Under the pieces are notes generated by a model. The model searched no databases and was not told the DNA's origin. It saw only the letters and a list, made by a program, of their open reading frames with translations. From Sminthopsis crassicaudata (lineage: Eukaryota), in NCBI RefSeq assembly GCF_048593235.1, contig NC_133623.1, positions 930,001 to 994,000 of the forward strand: a stretch of DNA of 64,000 nucleotides. The letters run 5' to 3'. Positions 25,641 to 64,000 of this stretch are shown one piece after another; position 1 is the first letter of the stretch; each line of letters opens with the position of its first letter. The position numbers were made by a program, and so were the translations under genes.

Positions 25641-27830
25641 CTTGAACAAACTGATGGCTAAACGTTCCTGTGCCCCCCCCCCCATCTCTGTCTGTTTATG
25701 GAATACGTTTGCACACGCACACATACACACGTACCCCAACGGCTAAACACGAGCCTTAAATATGTGCCGGCTGCGTACACTGAAGGTGTGGGGAAGTGAC
25801 CCGCAGCTAGGGTTTGAAGGGTGGCTACTCTTGTACAAAGTGGGGGGGCTGGGTGCCCCCCTCAAAACAAAGGCCTGTGGATACCTTTAAAGTGCGCAAG
25901 GTGGAACTAACCCAGAAGCCTTGGCGGCCCAGCCCCCCTGGGCGGGAGGCCCAGCGCCTGAGATTTGGGGATCCCCGACTCCCCCGGCAGCCTGGCGTTG
26001 GACGAGAGGCGGCTGAAAGAGGAGCGGGAGGGCGTCTCACGGGGGACTTGGGGAAGTCAGCGGGCTGCCCGGGACTCCACTCTTACTTGGTTGGAACCTT
26101 CCTGCCATGTGCCGGAGGAGCGCAGTGATGGGAACCTGGCACGGCTGGGGGGAGGACGGCCAGGTGGGGTGTAGTCCCCCCTCCCTAGGAGAGGATAGCC
26201 GGTGGAAGGTGGTTAGAAGAGCGGCACAGGGGGGGGGGGCGGGGGAAGCCCACCTCGAGTTTGATCCTCACAATAACCCCGGGGAGTGGCTGCTGGCACT
26301 CCGCCCCTCATGTCAATAGCTCCGGAACCAAGACCTAAAAGGAAGTGGAATGGCTTGCCCAGGATCCGGGCCCGGTGCTTTGTGTACTGTGGGACACCGC
26401 CCCCGCCCCCCCCCCTTGGGGTTCATTGGCCAAGAGGAGGCAGGCTAGGCCAGGCTACGATTCAGGGGCTCGTCCTGTTGTCAGAGACCCGAGCTGAAGT
26501 CCCTTCTTGCCTTATCCCAAAAGTCTCACCGGGCCTGCCTCGGAACTCCCCACATTCCCCTCCGCTAGCTGTACCCTGGTCATGTCAGAGGGCTCTTCCC
26601 CAGACCTCCGTCCTCCATTTGAGAACACAGGTGGGCCTGGCATGTAGCTGCAGCGTGGGTCATCCCACCCTCTTCAAAGAGGCTGCCTGGGAAGCTGGTA
26701 CTGAGACTGACTCATTGACTAGGGCCGGGGCCCAGCTGCCTTGGTGGTACCAGAAAGCCAGGGCTCCTCGTCCCCCTCCACTGGCCGGACCCGGAGCTCG
26801 CGGGACTCTGCACCACAGAAATTTGGCAGGAGAGGAATGCTTCACATTTAGGGTTAGAAACATTTTAGCTTCTGACAGGAAGAGTCTTTGGGACGAGTTC
26901 TGGGAGACATTAGGTGGTAAGGGGGGCACGGGACACCGCGCCAGCTCAGTGGTGCTTCCAAGGAGCTGAAGAGGTCTGGGCCTGGTTCTTGGCCCCAGGG
27001 GGGGCCAGCCTGGCATCTACCGCTCAGGGCCGGGCCAGCAGAGACCAAGTCCACAAGTCTGGGAAGGGCTTAAGCTGGGGTTGCCCGGGAGTTGAGGGTT
27101 CTGCCCCTTGGCTTTCAGTGCCCTTCATCGTCAGCCCTGCCTCCGGCACTTGAGGGCACTCCAGAGCTAGCTTCTGGACAAAGCACGTTCAGTGGACAGT
27201 CCGAGGAGAGTCCAATGGATGTGTTGCCAAGGCCTATGTCGGGGGGGGGGGGGGGGGGATCACCGGCTCTTCCAGCGAGGGGACTGTGCTGTCACCGAGG
27301 AGCCGATGTTCGGCATCATGGGAGATCTAGATGCCGGCCTAGCTCGACTCCCAAGTCCTGTGTGTGGACAGCAGAGCCACCCGAACACACTTGGGGCCTG
27401 CAGGTCAGGGCCTCAGGCCTCTGGCTGAGAATCGGGGCTTTTAAGGCAGTGAGAGGAGGCGTCCCTGTCTTGGTGCAGAGTGGCAGGAGCCCCCGGCCTC
27501 CCTGAGGGCCGGGTATATCCTACAATAAAGTTGGGAAGCTTTCTCTCGCATGAATCCCATGCCAGTTTCGTTCATTGCTGTCCGAAGATGAGGGGCAGCG
27601 GGTAGTCACACATAACTAGCCCTGCAGTTTTCTGAGAGAGGCCCAGTGGCTGCTTGTAAGAAAAACAAATGCCCCTACGGGGCCACTGCTCGCTCATCTC
27701 TGTTGGCTGGGGAGATTGCGAGATGATGACAGGTGGGGGTCTCCTCCCAGTCCACGGCTGCACCGAGCCACTCGGGCCCCGGGCCCTTCGGGCAAGGAAC
27801 CTTCCTTGAGTGGCCTGTAACCTGAGGGAG
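24968..27830 (+). pseudogene. SMC1A: Unprocessed, heavily decayed SMC1A relic
   Basis: Exon-1 relic 24968-25066 translates (A)GSPALRRIENSKAHEARQITGP-FQRPS---GPNGSG|gt versus SMC1A [37 protein letters not shown]. The ATG is replaced by GCG, there is a 1-nt deletion at ~25034 and a 9-nt deletion at ~25050, and the phase-1 donor after GPNGS-G is retained at 25067. Weaker collinear matches to remembered downstream exons lie at ~26631-26705, ~27270-27350, ~27581-27690 and ~27796-27828. No intact SMC1A ORF in the window. Confidence 0.82.
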
Positions 27831-29779
27831 GGACAAGACCCACATGGCCACTCTCTGGGCTCTCAGCCAGCTGGGGCCACGGAGGCCACTTGGACTTGCC
27901 GTCTCTCTGCCTAGCCTTTCTCATTCCTTCAGACCTGCCTGCCGGTGCCCGGTATTGAGCCAGAGAACCGGGAGACCCTGAAAGTGTCTCCTTGGGGCTT
28001 TGGAGTCGGTAGACTCTGAACTGGACCCCAGCAGGAATGAGGCTGGGGTCATGTTAGATTGCTGCGGGAGGCCCCTTGTTCTCTAAGTGAGGTGGGCCTA
28101 AGGGCTCCTGCCGGGTGGAGAGCCTTGGGGGTCAGGAGCCAGGCCCACTGCTTTCCGTGGGGGGGATTGGGGGAATGAAATGTGGGGCGTTCTTGGCTGG
28201 CACCTGCAGGGTTAAAAATCCCTCTCTACCAAGTTCTTTGGAAGCCATTGTCATGGGAACCAGTTTGGCAGCCTAGCCAGTGTTAGGAGCTAAGATGGGG
28301 GTTGGAGGGCCTGCTTGGCAGGCTGGCGGGCGGCGGGCAGGTGGTGGGTGGCTTCAGGTTTCTTCCCTAGAAACCTCAGGGCCTGCGAGCCGGAGCTCTT
28401 GTGCTCTGCCCATCCTTGCCCAGCGGGTGGCTGCGGAACACAATGGTGCTGCCAGGCCACAGTCAGCCTCAGCGGGGTCCTTGGCCAGAATTTCAAAGCA
28501 GATTGCCTGATCGAGAGAGGGCCTCGGAGGCCCTCTGGTCTGACTCCTTTGTTTCACTGAGCTTGGGAAAGGGACTTGACCAAGGTCACACAGCCGTTAA
28601 TCCGTACCCCAGTGGCTGGGCCGAGCCTAGCCTGGTACCTGTACTCTGCTCTTTCCTGAGGATTTCCTACCGGTAGCTCGCTCAGTGCCCTGGGAGACTT
28701 CTTCTTGTCTCCTGTGCCTGCCAACCAGCAGCCTGGGCCTTGTTAGCCCTCACAGCTCCAACGTGGTTTGACCCTCGTGCCCTATCCCTCACTCCCCCAC
28801 CATCTTCCTGGAACCCACCTGCAAGCTCGCAGCACTGCTGCCCTCCCCACAGCAGACTGTGTGGGTGAGCTAGGAAGCCAGGAGGGAGGCTGGCGCGCGC
28901 GTGTGTGTCCAAGCACGAGAGACTTGGGCCGAGAGCTGCCGAGCCTTGCCTTTGGGAGCGGAGGATACCGCTTAACTCTTTGGACCTGGCGCCCGTTCGG
29001 CCCATTGTCCCTGCCAATCACATTCCTTGGAGCTGCCTACCTGGGGCTCTGGCTCATCTGCTTGCCTTCTTTTCTCGGGGAGTTCACCTGGGTCACCTCT
29101 GACCTCAGAGGGGAAGTCCATTGGACACATGGGAAACTGAGGCCCTGAGAGAGATTGAGACGGGGCCAAGGTCCCAGAAGAGGTGTCTTGAGGGACCAGG
29201 TCTGAGAAGACAAGCAGGGAGGCTGGTGCCCCTGATTCCAAGAGGGATTCCGAGGCAGGGAAATGCAGGGAAAAGATGGAAAGAGCTGGAGGCTGCCATT
29301 AGCTGTCCTCTCCAACTGTCTTTTAAGTGGCTGCAGAGGGGGAGGGGGAGAGGGAAGGAGCGTTTCCAGGTGCCGGACTGAACACTTCGAGCTCCGTCCT
29401 AGCCCTGGGGCCTCACGACAGCCACTTGGAAGTCACTGCTGTTCTTGTCTTGGAGTTGAGGAGACTGGGGCAGGCAGAGGCCTAAGGACCGATCGCTCGG
29501 GAAGATGTACAGCCCTCCGACACATTGGAGCACCGTCACTTCAGCAGCGCCGCTTCCATTCTCTCGGGTCGAGCGCCATTGATCCACTGAGGGGACAGTC
29601 GGAGGGGGCCGGAAGAGGCTTCATGTGGGAAGCTGGCTGGGCCTGGGGAAGGGGGGTGCAGAGACATGCTCGGTCAATAGACCGGGCTGTACAGGCCCTG
29701 AAGTTCACAAAGAAGCCATTGCTGAAGGTGGGGACATGCCACGGAATTGGCCCAAGGGACACCAGAAAGTCATCTGAAG

Positions 29780-31240
29780 CTTCTGAGGCAGGGAAATAGC
29801 CTCGGGAAGATGATTCTGGCAGCAGGGTGAGACTGAATTACAGAAGAGAGAGCCCAGAATTGGGGGACTGGAAGAGAAATGGAGCTCTGAAGGAGGCCTC
29901 GGGAGGAGAGGAGCGCGAGAAACGTCGTCGAGCTTGGCAACGGATTAAATGGAGAGGGAGGGGAGGAAGTAGGGATGGTTCAGGGCACAAATCCAGGTTA
30001 AGATAGTGAGCGTCGAGGGGTGAAAATCACAAAGTCTGTTTCGGAGATGACATGTTGAGATGTCCAGCAGGAAAGCTGGAGCTCAAGGGAAAAATGAGGA
30101 GCTCAAGCTCCCCTACCCCCCCCCCCCCAGGAAACGCCCAGGACACCTTGCAGTGCCCACAGTGTGAGATGGCAGCAAGGGAGGCAGAGAAGGAGCGGTC
30201 AGGCGGGTGGTTGAAATGTTCAGGAAACCCAGCAGCAGAGGGTGAGTTGCCACGTCCCGAGCTGTAGGTAGGTCCTGGAGAACGGAGAGCTTGGTGGATG
30301 GGAAGACTGACGTTTCTACAGGGCTTCACACATTGGCTTCCTTGATACACCCCATAGTAACCCCTGGAGGTTGCTATAGATGAGGAAACTGAGTCTGACA
30401 GAGGGTGGTGATAGCTGAGAAAAGGCTACCAGGGTTAGCTGTTCAGAAGAGATCATTCATAACCTTGGAGGGATCCATTTCAGTTGAGGGATGAGGTCGG
30501 AATTAGCCAGATTGTGAGGGGTTGAGAAGTGAGTGGGAGGTGAAAAAGTGGAGGCACCAAGTGTAGACAGCTTTTTCTAGGAGTTAGGCTGAGAAAGGAG
30601 GAAACTAAAGTTGAGGTAGGGGGTGGGGACAGTCCAAAAGTGCAGGCTCGATGGGCTTAAGAGCCCAAGTTCAAGTGGTTGACCTCGGGGGGTCAGTAGA
30701 CACTGGAGCAAAAGAGGGGAGAGATGGGGGATGATGACAAGGGGCTTTGAAGAACAGCCAGGTCCCGACTGGTGTCCTGGTGGCCCCACACAGCAGATCC
30801 AGACGACCCAAAAGTGGGATCATGTCAAGTACAGTCATCGCTTCTAGCCCAGTGGAGTTGAAGAACGGACCGTGGGAGTCATTGCAGGCACTCCAAGGGT
30901 AGAGGCCCATTACTTCTGGAGGCCGGGAACAGTGGAAGGACTGGAGGCTTCAGTGAGAGAGGGATGGGAAGGGAAGAAGTATTAGGAGCAATTTGGAGCT
31001 CACGCGTGGTGGGAAGGTTGATGTGGGAAACATTCTGGAAGCTTGCCTTAGAGTCGGCAGACTTGAGAATGGCCTCGAGCCTGAGAACAGAGGGGGCTGT
31101 TACCGTCACCAAAAATAAGGAATACCGGGGAAGAGTGAGCTTGGAAGAACAGAGCCGGAACTCCAGTCTCGACATCTCGGGTTCGAGCCACTCTGTAAAA
31201 CATGAGAGCCGTCCCACACGATTCTCTGATTGGGAATGAG
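29780..31240 (-). mobile_element. Ancient LINE-2 fragments
   Basis: Diagnostic L2-like text such as ...ccagattgtgaggggttgagaagtgagtgggaggtgaaaaagtggaggcacc..gtgtagacagctttttctaggagtt.. (30505-30590) and gacatgttgagatgtcc (30047-30063). Recognised by pattern only; boundaries are approximate. Confidence 0.6.
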
Positions 31241-31911
31241 GCGGCGGCAGGGAGATCAGGACCCCGCAAGTGACAGGCGAGTGGAGTGCGGAACCGCGGG
31301 AGTTGGGGAGAGACCGGCTGCAGGCCCTCAGAGATCCTCGTCCAGCCATAAGTGACCCGCTTTCTGCTAAGACACGGGCACAAACACGCCGCCCACGACG
31401 CTGAGCTGACAAACCCAACGGTGACCGAGAGGATGTTGCCATGTGGTTTGGCAGGCCGCTCTGCAGCCCCAGGGATCCTTCTGCTCCAGCCAGGTTTCCC
31501 CCCCTTTTTTCTCTCCTTTTTTTTCCTGGTTAAACACAGTACATGGAGCCTTTAAATACACATTTCTCTATGAATCATGGGGGGAGAGAAGAGTCGGAAT
31601 TTGAGTTTGACGCTGCCAGGTGACGGCTTCCATCTTCTCGGTCCTGTGATTTCCATTCTTGGGTCTTGCCAGTGGTGGGAAGTGGAAATGAATGAGCTGG
31701 GGGTTCTCACCGCCATAGAGCTCCCCCCCCCCCCCCCCCCCGGGTGCTGGGGCAGATGCCCAGGGGAAGGGCTGGGGAAGAAGATGCGGGAGGCAAGGAT
31801 GGGTTTAGCATGAGCCCAGAGGAAGGCTCCGAGGCTGGGCCTCTTGCTCTCCTATAGCCCTCGTCAACCTCTGCTAATTACTAGGGAGCTGCTTCTCCAA
31901 GAAGACCAAAA

Positions 31912-32640
31912 TGACGTCACTTGGTTAGAGGAGTCGAGTTACAGTGGCCCATCAGACCCCTAGGGGCCCCGGCCACAGTCCCCGGAGACATCTGGGGGCT
32001 TCTCTGACTGCCCCGGGGGGCGGGCCTCTCCCCATCCGGCGTTGAGGGCCGTTCTGTGGAGCTGCCTCCCCGACTTCCTCCCTGCTGGGCATCCCATTGT
32101 CGCCCCCCCTTCAGGAAATGGGGCCCAGGCTGGGCGGGGCGGGGGCGAGCCCGGAGCTGGATCTCCAAGGGCAGTCGGGCTTCGGGGAGCCCGGGGAGCT
32201 GAAGGTAGCGCGGTGCGCGCTGCCCACGGGCCGCCTCCTGACCTCGGCGGCAGCGTGCCTCTGGGGCCCCGCGCTCTCGGACAGTGAAGGCCGGGCTCGA
32301 GCGCAGGGGCGGCCGGGGCGGCCGTGGGATGGGGATGGGCCAGAATCTAGAGCCTGCCTTCGCGGCAGGCGCGCGGGTCACCCCGCCCCCATGGGGGCCC
32401 TCGGCAGAGCTGCCTAATTAGCTGCGCCACCTCTGGATTAAACACCGATCTGTCCCTCCCTGCGGAGCTCCGAACGTCTCTGGCGCCTCCTCTGGGAAAA
32501 CAGGCTCGGGGCTTCCTCGCGCCCCCCCAAAAAGTCCGCCCTGCGCGCCGCCGCCGCCGCCTCTCGGATTGGCCCCTCCAGCTGAGGGCCGGCCCAGAAG
32601 CCCCGAGGCACCTATTTAAGGAGAGGGCCCGCCCCAGCCT
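31912..32640 (+). promoter_or_regulatory. Candidate upstream promoter elements of IQSEC2: full CRE (TGACGTCA 31912-31919), ATTGG at ~32568, TATTTAA at ~32614, GC box at ~32627
   Basis: Motifs read directly within a CpG-rich region upstream of IQSEC2 exon 1; TSS not determined. Confidence 0.4.
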
Positions 32641-33139
32641 TGCCCCCGCTCGGCACCAGCTGCCCTCGCCGCCCCCCCCCCTCCCTTCCACTGGCCCTTC
32701 CCCCTTCCCTGGCAGAGCAGGCTCCCCCTGGGGATCGGAAGCTTCCTGGGGGCAGGACTGTGGCGGTGTTTCAGTTCTCCCAGCTCCAGGCTGGGCGTTG
32801 CGCTTCCGACCCGGCCGAGGTCCCACAGCCACAGGCTCCCAGCTCGGCCCGGGCCCCGAACTCCCCAGGACTCTCCCCAGCTGAGCGCGAGCCAGGTTGG
32901 GGAGGGGGCTCGGCCAACTAGGGGCTTCGGCCCTGTTTTCCAGCCGTTCGTGCGGGGGCTGCGAAATCTGGCCCCCTCCTCACCCGTCCGGGATCCCGAG
33001 CCGGCCCCAGCCCCGGGGAGCTGGGAGAAACCTTAGGCTGCCCAGACTCGCCCAGGGTCGAGCCTGCCCCAGGAGTGTGGGCAGCGCACTCTGTGGGGGG
33101 GGGGGGGAGCGGTGATCCGTGATCCAGACCCCGCGGCCG

Positions 33140-33740
33140 AGGGGAAAGGAAGAGAAGGGGGCCCGAGGAGGGGAGGGAGAAGGGACAGAAGGAGGAAGAT
33201 GAAGAGGAGGAGGAGAAGAGAGAGGAGGAAGATGAGGAGAAGGGGGAGAAGGAGGGGAGGAGGAGAAGAGAGAGAAGGAGGAAGATGAAGAGGAGGGGGA
33301 GGGGGAAGAGGGGAGAAGGAGGAAGATGAAGAGGAGGAGGAGGAAGAGGGGGAGAAGGAGGAAGATGAGGAGAAGGGGGAGGAAGAGGGGACAAGGAGGG
33401 AGATGTGGAGAAGGGGGAGAAGGAGGGGACGAGGAGAAGAGAGAGAAGGAGGAAGAGGAGGAGGAGGAGAAAGAGGGGACAAGGAGGGAGATGTGGAGAA
33501 GGGGGAGAAGGAGGGGAGGAGAGAGAAGGAGGAAGGTGAAGAGGAGGAGGAGGGGGAGGAGGAGGAAGAGGGGAGAAGGAGGAAGATGAGGAGAAGGGGG
33601 AGGAGGAAGAGGGGACAAGGAGGGAGATGTGGAGAAGGGGGAGAAGGAGGGGACGAGGAGGAGGGAGATGAGAAAGGGGAGGAGGAGGGAGAGAAGGGGG
33701 ACGACCGAGAAGGGGGGGGGGGAGAGAAGAAGGAACGCGA
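33140..33740 (+). repeat. GA-rich low-complexity tract upstream of IQSEC2 exon 1
   Basis: ~600 nt of nearly pure A/G (gaggagga, gaagaggg, ggagaagg units). Confidence 0.9.
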
Positions 33741-34492
33741 GGACCGGGAAGGAAGGGGCGGAGCCGGGGGGCGGGGCCCCGGGAGCGCCAGGTACCGTGG
33801 CTGAGCGGGCGCGCCGCCCCAGCCGGCTGGGCCCGGGGGGCTGCCCCCCCCCCCCCCGCGTGTTGCGCTCTGGGCAGGCCCGAGCGACGGACGGACAGAC
33901 GGACGAGCGCCAAGAGGGACGGAGGGAGGCGGGGCTAGCCTCGGGCTCGGGGGAGGCGGGCCCAGGGGCGGGCTCGAGGGCGGGCGCTGTCCCGGTCGGG
34001 GCGGGCCCAGGGGCGGGCTCGGTCTGGGCACTGCGCAGTGACTCCGCAGCGGAGCTGGAGCCCGAGCCGGGAGCCGGGAGCCGGGAGCCGGGAGCAGGGA
34101 GCCGGGAGCCGGGAGCAGGGAGCCGGGAGCCGGAGCCCGAGCCCAGGCCAGCTCCGCTGGGCCGATCGCTGGGTCGAGCCTTCTTCCCTCCCCCCTCCTC
34201 TTCCTCTTCCTCTTCCTCCTCCCTCCCGCATTATCTCCCCCCCCACCCCGCCTCCCGTCGGCCCCTCTCCCCAGGCCCGCAGCCCCCGTGCGCGCCCGCA
34301 ACCCTCGGCGGCCCCCTCCCCCCGGGCCGGCACCAGCGCCAGCGCCGGGACCCGGGGGGGGAGGACGGAGAGGCGGCGGCGGAGGAGGAGAACGACGACG
34401 ACGACGACGAGGAGGAGGAGGAGGAGGAGGGCCGAGGCAGCTGCCTCCGGGGGCCGCGGCCCGAGGCCCCGGGCGCCCGCAGCGGGGCCCCC

Positions 34493-63882
<29,390 letters not shown>

Positions 63883-64000
63883 TGAGCAATTGGGTGGGGG
63901 GGGGGGGGGAGGGGGGAGGGAGGTCAGAGGGGGCCAGGACGGGCATGTCGAGTTCTGTCACGGCCCTGCCCTGTGAGCTCCCTGAGTCCTCGCCACCACT

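Noticed and set aside
28380-29600. Possible additional SMC1A C-terminal exon remnants
   Set aside because: Similarities to the remembered sequence were too short to distinguish from chance.
33033-34492. Long ORFs upstream of IQSEC2, including an in-frame N-terminal extension from 33629
   Set aside because: GA/GC low-complexity sequence; homology to IQSEC2 starts at ATG 34493.

Overview
GC-rich mammalian genomic DNA, most likely from a marsupial: an intronic SINE at ~61.4 kb has the WSINE1/Mar1 CORE-SINE pattern. The window is syntenic with human Xp11.22, so it is probably X-linked (inference). Gene order: (1) a 7-exon GARIN3/FAM71B-like gene (+, 404-4561); (2) an unrecognised 14-exon gene (+, 4911-14218) predicted to encode a ~1,760-aa protein with signal peptide, three tandem trypsin-fold domains that all lack the catalytic Ser, a ~940-aa Pro/Thr/Arg repeat linker and a GPI-type C-terminus; (3) HSD17B10 (+), behind a 6x63-bp CCAAT/GC-box promoter repeat; (4) RIBC1 (-); (5) a decayed in-situ relic of SMC1A where human has the intact gene; (6) the 5' part of IQSEC2 (+; exons 1-10 plus the short-isoform 5' exons). 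Top leads are the triple pseudoprotease, the SMC1A relic (which implies an essential cohesin gene was relocated), and the intron-rich GARIN that may represent the parent locus of eutherian GARIN3/4 retrocopies. Exon phases were checked by hand. All comparisons with human proteins are from memory, not database searches. Two single-base frameshifts (GARIN exon 5, IQSEC2 exon 1) are probably assembly errors; there are two N gaps.
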